The notes beneath the pieces were generated by a model. It saw only the letters and a list, made by a program, of their open reading frames with translations, made no database searches and had not been told where the DNA came from. DNA of 64,000 bases from Chrysomallon squamiferum (taxonomy: Eukaryota > Animalia > Mollusca): the NCBI GenBank assembly GCA_012295275.1, contig CM022669.1, forward strand, positions 1,798,001-1,862,000, given 5' to 3'. A program made the translations under genes and the position numbers. Positions 38,793 to 51,848 of this stretch are shown in pieces; positions within the stretch are counted from its first letter, which is position 1; every line of letters starts with the position of its first letter.

Positions 38793-41700
38793 ATGTCACG
38801 TAGGAGGCGGGATTCGTATAGTGATGACGATGATGATGGTGTGTATATAATAATATATTATATAGATATTATAGTTAAATTTGTTACAACATAAAATGAT
38901 ATATATATATATATATATATATTAATAATAATAATTATTATATTTTTTATTTTTTGAAGCGTCGAACATTTTGCATTTCATTATTTAAATATTTTGTAAA
39001 TTAATTAGTAATTATTGCAAGACTATCCAAATGGCTTTGCAAACTTCTGAACAATTTCAACAAATAATAATCATAAGGAGCAGACCTTCCATCACGATGT
39101 TGTTGTAAACGATTTATCTATTGCATTCTGAATGGTTAAAAACAGGTCCTACCTGTTCTTTCGTTGATGTATTTGCATCATTTCTTCTGTGAAATTCTTG
39201 GGAATTATTGCATGATGAATATTACTGTGAGTAAACGTGAATTGAACATTTTTCTTGAAATAATTTACACAGAATCAGAAAGAAAAAATCTGATGTATAG
39301 GTTATAATGTATTTAGATACTTACTTACAAGTATCTTTTACATAGATCCCCTTCATATATATATAATATAGTAAACCTTGTGAATATGACTGAAGTGGAC
39401 CAGCTATGTTCATCTGGTATACTTGATGTTTGATAATGACTAATTGGATTGTGTACAGTAAATGTTAACATGTATAAACAGATTAAATCCAAGTTGCATA
39501 CAAAATGGACATTATCTGATATGTATCTACACTTAGCCTTCACTCAACTACATTAGCTGCACAGATGATACTTCTGTATAAGAATTTTGTAGAATAAATG
39601 GAGACTTGTTTTTTGCATTAAATTTAATATAACTTGAAAATGAACAATTGTACAAATATTACTATAAGAAAATAATTATTTTTAGATTTACATGGATTCC
39701 AATAAATGAATTTAAGTGTCCCTGACAATCAGAAGGAAGGGAAATGTGGAACTAAGGTTATAATACATTCACAAGTAACTACAAATCGTATTTTTATAAA
39801 CTAATGTCCCAGTCTTTGGCTTTTTCATGCCAGTGAATCTCGAAAGTATTATCTTGATTTCTACATCAGAACAGACCCATTTCATATGCATTGTTAATAC
39901 CTTTCAACAGTCAAGTATGTCTCCATTTCTCCCCTCCTTCATTCAACAATGATGACAAGGTCTACTGATATGGCCTTGCCAGTTTTCTCTACTCTTCCTA
40001 TAGCCCATATAGAAACAATCAGTCTGGCCTAACTTTCAAAGTCTACTCATTAGGTTACAATCAGTAATAATATTTTTATTAAGGTGCACCAGCAAAAAGA
40101 CGAAGACAGTCCGATAACCTGGATATTGAAGATCGTCTTGATTCTCTCATCACAAGAGTTGGAGAAAAGGTATGTAACTAGCTGGTACAGAATTATACTG
40201 TTGCAGAATAGATGTATAAACCTACAGAAATGTTTTTTAGACAGATTGTGTGCTCTCTGTAAGTAAAAATGTAGAAATCAAGTAATTTGAAATAATTCTA
40301 CATAAAATGCATATATTTTTGAAGCCATTTTAGTTCACATACCATTAAATTATTTTGTTTATGTAAAGTGGATTTTGTGGATGTTTTTCATTAGTTTGTT
40401 TTGTTTTTATTGGTTATATTTTTTATTTATTTATTTATTTTGGAGCATGTATATATGTATGTTTTAAAACATATATTAATAGTTTTAATTATCAAATATA
40501 ATTTGACTTTATAAAAATTGCAAATTTCATATTTCAAAATATGCTTATTATTAGAGTACTTCTTCACTGGAAAGCAATTTGGAAGGTCTGTCCAGTGTTT
40601 TAGAAGCTGATCTACCAAACTACAAACACAAAATTTTAAAGATTCTCTGTGAATGGTAAGAAAAAGTCCTTAAGTTTTATAATAGAAAATTAAATATTTA
40701 TTTAGATTGATACTTTTATTTGTGATTAATATTTTAGCTTCAGAAAATGAATACGCTTAGCCATTGTCTGATTCAGTGCATTTGGTGTAACACAAAATAT
40801 CCACAAATATTAACTTTACAATATTAAGGTACTGGTAAAGCAGCCAGTAACTGTCACCTTATTCTTGTATATATATGATGATGTTATTACTATCATTTAT
40901 AATTATCATTTTTAAATTTAAAATAAATATTTGTTTTGATTTCAGTGTTGTTGCTATGCCTGAGAAACTATCAGTTTATTCTACACTGATCGGTTTGTTA
41001 AATGCCAAGAATTACAGTTTTGGAGGCGAGGTAATAATTCAGATAAATATATATATTCTTTTTAATTATCAAGAATTAAAGTATGCATAATTACTGATTC
41101 TTCATTTTTGGATGTTCTGTAGAAGCGATCATTTAGCTGAATCTAACACAACCTAACACTCACATATATTGGCAGTAGTTAGTGGTGTAAGAAAAAGTCT
41201 TTAATGTCTTATTTTTCAGTTCACTGAAATGTTAGTACGGAATTTAAAGGAAGCCTTAAAAACAGGACAGTTTGAGAATGCAAGAATGATTGTAAGTACA
41301 AACTATCTGACTTCTCTGAAATTCATTATCCTTTTCAGGTGCCACTTATATACATATACATAAAAAGATAAATTACTTTTCACATTACTTTCTCTGCTTC
41401 ACACATTTCTAAGTACTATTTGTTATAGTTTAATCCCTTTGCACTGCATAATTAATAAATGCATTTCTTCTCTTTCTCAGTGGGCTGTATAAATATTTTT
41501 ATCATACTCATAGGCTGTATTTAAATCTTGTATCCAACATATTATTTCAGGTGAGATTTTTATCAGATCTTGTTAATTGTCATGTCCTTCTAGCAGCCTC
41601 GCTACTCCACATGTTTGACAATTTCATTGAAGTAACACTTGAAGACAACATTCCACAGGTAAAAAAGATTTTTTTTTCCTTTTTACAATGGCACCTAAAA

Positions 41701-44700
41701 AGAAAGAAAAAGAAATATAAATACTGCACCTTTACAGCCTTTGATAAACAAATTCCAGAATGAAATCTGTCATGAATAACAAGATGTATTAATTATTAGT
41801 TTGCATTATTAATCTAGCATGGAACTGTAAATAGTTTATATGGTATTGCAGGTGAGGTCAGACTGGTATGTTTATGCTGTTCTTTCGGCTTTGCCTTGGG
41901 TTGGAAGAGAGTTGTATGAGAAGAAGGAAGCTGAACTTAATGAAATGCTTAAATCAATTGACAATTATATCAGGTAAAATTTATTTATTTTAATTGCATG
42001 TAAATGATGTTATTTAAATCATGGTTTATACTAAGGGATTTTTTATGATTATTAATGTTAAAACTTGAATTGTTTTTGGATAATGTTATTTTTGTTTCTA
42101 GCAAACGTCAGCGTATTCACCAGCCAGCATTGAGGGTGTGGCATGTTGATGAACCCCATCCTCAGGAAGAGGTATTTACATATTGTTTGTAATTTTTTAA
42201 TTATTAATAATATAATAATAAAGTATGTTTTTGCATTTATACAAATAATATATTGCATACCTAAAAAGAGATATTCCAAAATATGGTTTATGTTTTTGTG
42301 ATAATAATGATCAAATTTGAACATACCTCATGTGGTACAAAACCAATACTGTTTATATTTCTGAGAAATCCTTTCAAGAAAAACATGACTGTTTGATAAT
42401 TAAAAATAAATGTCAGTAGATTCACTGAGGATTTAAGAGATATTAAATATAAAACTACCTTTATCACTTTTAGTATCTTGATTGTCTGTGGGCTCAAATT
42501 AAAAATCTGCGGAACAACAAATGGATGGAGAAACAAATCCTTCGACCTTGTCTTGCCTTTGACAGTATTTTGTGTGATGCTCTTCAGCACACCCTCCCAC
42601 AGATCATACCACCATCTCACAATGAAGAAATGACTTACCCCCTACCAGCTGTTGTCTTCCGACTTTTTGATTACACTGATGTTCCTGAGGTAATTATAGT
42701 AATACATCATAAACAAATAAATAGATATGGTTCTATAGAGGTTTTTCTTTTTTTAATACAATTTACATTAATACTAATAATAGAATTACAGATAGATAAC
42801 CTATCTCTTTGATAGCTTGAACTGATCTAAGAGTACTGATTAAATGATTTAAATACATACTAATTACCATCTATCTAGAAATCATTTTTATTGTACATAT
42901 CATTTCTTCTGTTTGAACATTTATTAAATGTTATTCTGTAGTCTTCGGAGATATTTCTGCTTTCTGTTTTATGCTGATAGCAAATAACTCTGATATTCAA
43001 ATATACTGATGATGACTTTACTTAGTTAAAGAAAAGAATATATAGTAGAAGTTTGTTGATAGAAGAGTTCTTATTAACCTGATCAGTTCAGTTTGTTTAT
43101 ATACTTTATTAAACCTTTTGCTTCCAGGGTACAGTTTTACCTGGAAGTCATTCAATAGAAAGGTATCTGATAGAAGAACAGCTGCATCGAATTATTCATA
43201 CAAATTTTATTGAAAGAAAAGATTGGTAAGTTCTTAGCATTTGATTATCAGTGGATACAATTAAAAAATAAATATGTGCTGATTTTAGTATAAATTGAAA
43301 ACATGAATTTTTTTATCATTTTACTTTTTTTTTATTAATGTCATAATTATTTTAAAAACAATCAGGGGATGATTAAGAATATGAGAACAATATATTTCAT
43401 AAGATCATGTATAAGGAAAGGAAAATTTGATACTGTTTTAAGTTTCCTTTATAATTTATTTATTAAGTATTTTTATTATCATTTCAGTGCTGCCATGTTG
43501 CTTAGCTTTCCAAATAAGAACAAAATCCCACTGAACTATATGATTGTTGAAGTAAGATAAGAATTTTAATATTTAATCTTCACGAGAAAAATCTCTTTTT
43601 ATTATAGAGGTCAATATTATAATATGATGGGGAAAAAGAATTATGGGTATTGCATTCCCAGTTCCTGTAGGAGTTTATTATTATTATTATTGTTGTTGCT
43701 GTTGTTGTTACAATTATTATTGCTTTTGTTATGTTAATGCTGTTGTTGTTGTTGTTATACTTAACAGCCAATTTAAAATGTTTTTTGCATTTTTTTTGTG
43801 TATTCTTTTTATTGCCTTTTAATTTAGTATCAACAACATTGTATTCTTTAAAAAAAATAATTTAAAGAAATAAAACATAAAAACATTTTCTGTTATGTTT
43901 CAGGTGATGTTTTCTCAGCTATTTCAGCTGCCATGTCCACCTTTCATTGAAATATTTTATGGTTCAACGCTAATAGAACTGTGTAAACTTCAGCCTGGTT
44001 CCATGCCACAAGTTGTATCCTTTCACATATTTTTTTTTTTTAATAGTTGTGGATGTCATTATCCGAGTACTTCTGGTGATTTTTCATTCTTTGTTATATT
44101 TGCAGTGAATAATGCTTCTGTTAAAATGTTCTTTGGAAATGGTATATATCTCTAGAAAAGACTGAAAATAGTCATAATACCATAATGTTGTGGAGACTCA
44201 ACCCTTGTGTGTACATTATCCCTTTACGCATTATTGTCCAACAGCCTGTAATTTGTTTTTTATTCTCATTTTTCATGACAATATTAAAACTTTAATTTTG
44301 CAGTTTATTTGTTTTCTTGACAATTTGTTTAGTTGGCTCAGGCTACAGAAATGTTATATGAGAGAATTGATAACATGCATGCCATATGCATTGACAGGTA
44401 ACAAACAGACGTGATAATTATAAATAGTTACATTATAAGCAGGCACAGGTTTTATGTAAAGGTTTTCCATTATTTTATAATCCAAGAACTTGATAATGCA
44501 AAATTCTTAGTAATGTTTTTTATTTCATTAAAAGTAAATCTAAACTCAAGATAACTAGACATTTTAAACATTTACATTTAGATTTCATATAACTGATTAC
44601 AAAAAGTTATATTTAGTACCAATTACTTGTATTCTTTTCAGATTTGCTAGCTGGTTTTCTTATCACTTGAGTAACTTCCAGTACAGATGGAGTTGGGATG

Positions 44701-47700
44701 ACTGGGCTGAGTGTGCCAAAATGGATCCGGAATATCCCAAAGCTAAGTTCATCAAGGAAGTGCTTCACAGATGTGTTAGGTAATTGGAGTACATTTAAAA
44801 AAATTAAAACCAAAGAGAAATGTGATAGTAAGAGTGAAAAAGTTTGTTTTAATATGTATGTATTGGTATTATGATGTATTATTTTCAGGTATTTTTTTTT
44901 TTAATTTGTATGTATTGGTTTTGTGATGTATTATTTTCAGTTGTTTTTATATATGATAATCTGATTCCAGGTTTGTATATATATATATATATACACATAT
45001 ATATATTTTATTAAAAATTATTAAATGCCACTGGTGAAAAAGAGTTAACCCTCAGACAGTATTATAATTTTTACCACAGAAAATCCTTTAAATAAATCTC
45101 AAACTTAATCATATCTAATATTTTAATTTATTCCCACTGTTTTTGTTTTGTCTTAATTATATTTATTTATTGGATTATCAGTTTTGGATTTGACATATTT
45201 TTTCCAAATGTTTCTGCATAAATGAAAAAGTACTATATTTTTTGTAAGATATGAGTTATTTTATTTGTATTATATTATTTTACAGATTTTCGTATCATCA
45301 AAGAATTGTTGACACTGTACCTGAAATATTCTCTCCACTGATGCCTGCCAAACCCCAACCATTTTTTAAATATGAAAAAGAAGGAGCAGGCAAGTTTTAG
45401 TGTTTGATATCACAATGTCAGTTCAACGACCTGCTAAAAGATACAATTATTATTAAATAAAAGTGAACCTTTATTTAAGATAATATTTTCTGATTGTCAG
45501 ATATTTTGGTATTGATATTGCCTTAAAATAATCTTTGACTATTTAAAAAACAAAACTTTTATTTAATGTACATATCAACCTAAACATATAATCATACTAA
45601 ATGTGTAATTGTTTTGATTGCAACTATAGGTTCTTTACCTGGTACAATGCAAGCTCATTCTCTAATGGCTGCTTTCAAGTCAAAGTGTCTCCCTGAAGAA
45701 GCAGCACAGATATTAAAAGATTTGCCAAATCCACTCAAAGATGATGAAAGTAAGAAAACATTATTTTCTATTATTTTTCAGCATGATTTAATAGGATTTT
45801 TTATATGCAATTTTGATATTTAGTTAAAACTTTTAAAAATATGTCTGAATTTATTTTAATTTAGTATCAAAAAAAAAAAAAAAAAAAATTCTTTTTAAAA
45901 AATTTCACAAACAGGTTTTGCACAAGAATGCAATTTAAAATGTGTTGTTCTTTTTTCAGACTCTGTAATTATCTAAAATTACTTAATAAATTGTTTTAGG
46001 TGACGTTGAGCCAGCCTACCATCCACTGAAAATAGATGTCTTTGTTTCAACACTTCTTTACCTTGGCAGCAAATCATTTAGTCACTCATTTGCTGCTCTG
46101 GCCAAGTATGTTTCACCATCAGTTTTTAATTAACCATAAATTTATTTGTGCATAATTATTTAAAATGTTTTGGCACCACTAATTATTCCTTCATCTACAT
46201 ATAGTTAGTGTGCACGCTGTTAAGTGAAAATTTTTAAATGATCAGATTTCTATTTATATAAAAGTTACCTAATTTTAAAGTTAAGGGCTGTAACCATAAG
46301 TTCAGGTTTTGTAAACTTTGCAGTTTCTGAAGCCATTCTGTTTTCAACTCAAAATTATCAAAACATAAAATTTTATTAGATTCCACCCAGTGTTAAGAGC
46401 ACTAGCAGAAACAGAGGAAGGACAAATCTGTCTTCTTAAAACAGTTCATGAGGTTTGGAAAACTCATCAGCAGATGATGGTTGTTTTGATTGACAAGCTT
46501 CTTAGAACACAAGTTGTTGAGTGCTCTTCTGTTGCCAACTGGCTTTTCTCCACTGAGATGCTTCCAGAATTTACATGGTAAGTGAAAATAAGTAGAAGGT
46601 TCTTGTAGTGAAAGTATCAGAAAGTGTAAAAGTTGCAAAATGACAGTGAACAGCAATTAACTACAGTTCACTGGACAAGTGGGAAATGGATATACAAATA
46701 CATTTAACCATTTTAGAAAATTCTGAAGATGCAAGTCTCGATTCAACCATAGATTTGGAATTGTTTTCATTCCATAAGTATGTTAAAGTGGAATTGAAAA
46801 CATTTAAAGAAAATTTAATGACTTGGAAAAGACAACTGTTACCAAAAGACATTTAAAATTATGTAAAGAAATACATTAAGTGCTTATGGCTTCAGGATCA
46901 ATAGGATAATTCAGACATGATTATTATTTTTCATTTTATTTGCAGCTTCTATGTGTGGGAAATCATGCATGGTACTATTAAGAAGATGGGAAATCAAGTT
47001 CTTCGACTGCAAAAAAAAGTTGATGAGGCTCGAGATAAACTAGAAGCAGCCAGAAGAAAGGTATCTTTAAAATCTTGATCTTATACTCATGTTATTATAT
47101 GTAGTTTCATGAAGCCATTTTTAAAATGTTATTAAACTGATAGTAATGTCTTATCTGAAGGTATAAAGAAGTTTACATAAGCAAGCATTGTTATTTAAGA
47201 TGAATCACTGTATAAAAAATTGTGCATTTGTCCAACTGTGATTAATTTTTACTACTATACATATCGAATCTGATGAAGTGCATTTTATAAGATTTTGTAA
47301 AATAAAGTTTTCCAAATACTTTAAAATTAAAATATCTGAATGATAATTGGAAATAATGTTTTGTAAACATATATATTCTTTGTGATTCTAATTTTGATTT
47401 ACAATTCTTTCACAGATTCACTTTTCATCATTAATTAATGTAGGCCATGGGATAAAATTTCTAGGGGCAACAGACAATGAAGTTTGTTACAACCTGTAGA
47501 GATAAGCTGAAAATTATTTTAACATAAAGCTAATATATTTCAGAAACAAATACACAATACAGTCACCTAAGCTGAAAATTAGTTTTGCATGCAAGGTCTA
47601 AGGTTTCACAGAAATCAAGTCAAATGCTAAATATCCATAAATGGAGATAATCCAGTTAAAACATTGTGAGACTGTCAGCAAACTTTCAATTAAATAAATA

Positions 47701-50482
47701 AATTCAGAGGAAATAGAAATGTTAATGTTTATGCCTCTGTATTTAGAGTCTGACCATTCTGCACCATTTTAGGAATTAAACATATGCTTTTTACAAATTA
47801 ATGAAAAGTAATTTTGTTCAAACATGATACTTTGCGACAGATTAATACATTTTGAAAATACCCGTGTTGTGATGCATCATAATAATGTCAACCTATTGTT
47901 TTACAGAACTACTATAGTGTACAAGCATACAGTTCAGAACAGAGAACATCTGAACATCAAAAGAAAGTTGTTCATGCAGTGCACACAATGTATATATTTT
48001 ATGGTAGCTTCATCCATGTAATGACAAGTTATTTTCTTTTTTTGTCTTTGTTCCAGCCATGGTCAAAAATGGACTGCATGTCTATTTTTTTAGATAAACT
48101 CTTTTGGAAGATGCAACCTTGGTAATTTGCACACTTGATGTAAAGAATGAAATTATCCTTCTGGGAGTTAAGGCGTTTCAGATTTGCAACTAAGTTGTAC
48201 CATACCTGAACTGTCCTCCTTCTGATCAAACAGCTCACAATTTTTTTTCTCAAAAGCAAAGGCAGTGGCACTTTCACCTATCCATGACTTCCATAACAGT
48301 GCAAATCATCAGCATGTTTACCAAGCAGTCATTGCCTTAACTTTTCCTTTGTGTCTAAATGACTTGTACTATTAAAGCCTGTGAAAACATGAAGACTGAT
48401 GAGTGAATTACAAATATGTTGTCCAAGATCATTTGCAATAGACAACATAGATGGATTTTTCTAGGATTCAGATAAAGCTTGCTTGAAATGGTTTGCTGAA
48501 GTCCAACAGCCAATACTAGTGCATCTGTATCATGAGTATATATGAGTGAAGTGCTGGTGTCTGCCTGTTTGTGATCATAGTAAAGTTCAACCATTTCTTT
48601 ATTGTCCAGTACCCCATCAGAGACCGAGAGAGTGCAGTAATCAATATCTTGTTATCAGCATATGTGATGGTTTACACTACTGGTCAAATACAAAGTCAAG
48701 CAAGCAAAGAAATCTGTGTAGTTGTTGTTTTATCCAAATTTGTAAGTTTACTATTTCAAATGCCTTTGATAACCATTTCAAATGCTCATTTCCCTTGATG
48801 CTTGTTAAGCTATGTATCAGTAGCACAGTCGATGTATTTTTTCAGCTAAATCCACTAGTTTTGACTGACCTATTTCACATAAATATAATTTTTCAGTTTT
48901 TTGCTAACATGAATGGTTTTATTTTTTTTTTTGTAAATGATCCACAGTTCTGGTGGATCATTGGCACAATTTCCTTTTGGTTTTGAAATATGTGTTAATT
49001 CTGAACAAAGAAGACTGGGTGGGATTGACTCAGTTTTTTCATTCATGAAGCACTTTCATTTTCTGATTGTTATAAAAAAAAATTCCAACCTTTTTTTCTG
49101 AAAATGGTGTAATTCAGCCTAAGATGTTTTGTGTGCACTCCTTCAAGGAAACTGACATTTTTGAACACATACATTTAACTATTAAGTGTTCTGTTTGACT
49201 GCTGAAGGATTGCTGTAAGTTTTTTTTTTTTTTTTTTTTTTTTTATGATTAGTGGAATGGAAGAGATATCTCGATAGAGTGATGTCATACCACACTTCTG
49301 AAAATAGTACATTTAAATGTCTTCCAGCTAGGAAATGGGCCACATCTGAAGTGACAACATTGTGTTCTTAGTAAAAGAATACATTTCTGAGCCTACATGC
49401 AAAAAATCAGCTTATCCCCCCAACAGTCATAGGATACAGGATGGCCTAATGTGTTTTTAATTATTTAAATAGATTTTTGTTTTCACAAGGTTGCAGATGG
49501 TCTTGAACTTGATCCATTAGATGATGAAGAAATTCCTACGGAAGAGCTTATTATGGACATGGAAGAAAAACTGGAAACTACACAGAGCCAGCAGAAAAGT
49601 TTATTTCTCATCATTTTCCAGGTGATTTTTTTTAATCGTTTAGAATGAATGTTTTCCAAAATCTTTATAGATCTTTATCTTCAGAAATCAGAATTAATCA
49701 GAGAAAACATTTAGTATAAACCTCAATGAAAGCTAGCGACAATACATTAAACAGTACCAAAATATTTTTAAATTATAAACAACAGAGGTTTTTTAAATTG
49801 TAGATATTTAATGGATTTTAGACTTTTATTTTTATAATTTAAACTTGTTATTTGGTATATATTTCAGTTTGATAATAATTTTCCATTCTTTTTATAATAA
49901 CCTAGTCAGAAACTTAAATATGTTTAGAATTTTAATTCAATGTTTTTAATTTTTGGCAGAGATTCATAATCCTATTGACAGAACATTTAGCCAGATGCGA
50001 GGCAGAAGGTATTGACTACAACACTCCATGGTACAAGTGGGTTATTGAGAGACTGCAGCAAGTGTTTCTTCAGGTTATTTATTTATTTTATTGTCAAATG
50101 GCTGTAATTGTATGTATCAGAGATGTGTATATTTTTTTAGTTATAATATTTTTAATTATATTTTTTAGCTTTTTATGTATGAAAGATTCTCACTATATTA
50201 AAATAAATAATTTATGTTTCATTGTTCAATTTTGAATTCATATTTGTACCAAGGCACATGTTTAAATTTTAAGAAGGCTACTTGTATATCATTACAAATA
50301 TTATTTGATGAAAAGTATTATTTGGGATTACAAATATTAAATAATAATAATAATAATTTTATTTTCAGCATCACTCTCTTGTCTATAAATATATCCAGAC
50401 TTTGGAGACACTGCTTTTCACTAGCGACATTGACATACACATTCTGGAAATCTTTCAACAATTCTGTGCTCTCCGATCATGA
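38793..50482 (+). CDS. NCBP1: Nuclear cap-binding protein subunit 1 (CBP80), 22 coding exons, 794 aa
   Basis: Exons 38793-38838, 40084-40169, 40555-40655, 40946-41030, 41220-41291, 41551-41658, 41852-41973, 42102-42171, 42474-42689, 43128-43225, 43488-43551, 43904-44014, 44333-44397, 44642-44779, 45286-45389, 45630-45749, 46000-46105, 46380-46577, 46946-47060, 49490-49621, 49960-50073, 50369-50482 (2385 nt, in frame). Bipartite NLS MSRRRR...[69 protein letters not shown]. Confidence 0.96.
44015..44332 (+). other. U12-type GT-AG intron (NCBP1 intron 12)
   Basis: 5' site GTATCCTTT at 44015; branch-site-like TTTTCTTGAC at 44312-44321 with the A 12 nt before the intron end; splicing restores MPQV|LAQATEML. 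Confidence 0.85.
45390..45629 (+). other. GC-AG intron (NCBP1 intron 15)
   Basis: Donor CAG|GCAAGT; this is the only nearby junction giving the phase-1 join KEGA-G-SLPG. The next GT (45394) is out of phase. Confidence 0.8.
47441..49448 (-). mobile_element. Decayed Academ-like (XPG-nuclease-bearing) DNA transposon in NCBP1 intron 19
   Basis: Termini TAGGCCAT...ATGGCCTA with 3-bp TSD ATG (47438-47440, 49449-49451). Minus-strand protein remnants HKQADT...[22 protein letters not shown]...KGKVKAM and [17 protein letters not shown]...DHGW. Confidence 0.72.
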
Positions 50483-51848
50483 TAGTTAAAAGTTCTGTTA
50501 AATTAAATTTTGCTAACTACTGGAAACAAGTGATTGGTTGGGAAAATCAGTATCCACAAAAACTGTGAATGACTAATTTTGTTAAAATAATGTTGTGCCG
50601 ATACTTGTTTTATTAAACCAAAATAAGAATTGTGGGTAAATCTAGATGTATCTGATTAAAGTTTACTGAAAAATATAACTGAAAACATATTTGCCTACAT
50701 CTCTTGGAAAAAATTAGACATTTCCAATTACTTTTTGTTGTAAAGATATTTTCTAAATAAATTGCCTATAATTTTCTGTTTTGATTTATTATGTTGTAAA
50801 TGATATGTTTTGTAATAATGAGAAATTTGAATACAGCCTGAATGTTTATAAACATGTACCTGTTTAGATCTTAGTATTTTTTTTCTCCAATTCAAATAAA
50901 AGGTATCTCTATGAATACACATTTAGCAACATTATTATTTTTTTAGCCTTTGGAGGTTGTTTTTCCATTTAAAGATGTTTAAGCAAAGAATCAGAAAATA
51001 AATTTAATTAGAGTTAGTTTTATTACATTTTTTTCATACTTGTGAAAATAATGAATTGTTAAAAAGTATCTAATGATAAAGTTTTAATAAAATGTTGAAA
51101 ATTAATTTTCTTTTTTTAATTTTGTATTTTGGAAGTTTTTAAAAATTTAGTAAATGAGCAGAAAATTTTGACATATTCAAACATTCCTTAAAATGGATTA
51201 TTACAGAATAGTCCAATGAGCTATAATTACAAAACTAGTCAAAATAATTTATCACTTGATAAATTCCCTTTATAGAAAGTTAATCACTAACAAATGCGAA
51301 TTCACTGATTTATGATTGTAATAACTGTCACTGCAATACACTCACAGGAATGTAGTTTATGAAGAATTCATAAAACTCAGATTATATTATTCCTGCATTC
51401 CCTAAGCAATTCCCCTTCCTACTGTATTATTTGGCATTCTATGACACATTGATAATAAAAGTTTTGTTTTTCATCAATTCCAGTGAAAAACCATTGCTCT
51501 CAAGTATATTTGTTCCTGTTTCATTTGACTGTACTTTTCCCCGAGACTTCTGAATACAAGTGTTTGTAAATTTAAACTGGTATAATTTCATTTAGAAATA
51601 CCAAGATTAATGACTAAGTAAAGATAAAAATCTTTAAGCAGCATTTTTTTGTAAAATAGTGATTAAAATCTTTTCTTGAAATAATCTAATTAACATTCCT
51701 TCTTCAAAATTTTATGATTAAAAATCATTTTAAAATAGTTATTTCATTTCTACTTCCCGATGTTCTTCAGTCAGTACAAAAACACTTAACATTTTTATCT
51801 TGTAATCACTGAAAATATAACTTGACAACTTCATGTTAATCAAATATA

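Noticed and set aside
47061-47070. Possible third U12 donor GTATCTTT (NCBP1 intron 19)
   Set aside because: Mismatch at +6, normal U2 exon context AAG|GT, no U12 branch site near 49489, and a U-rich tract is present.
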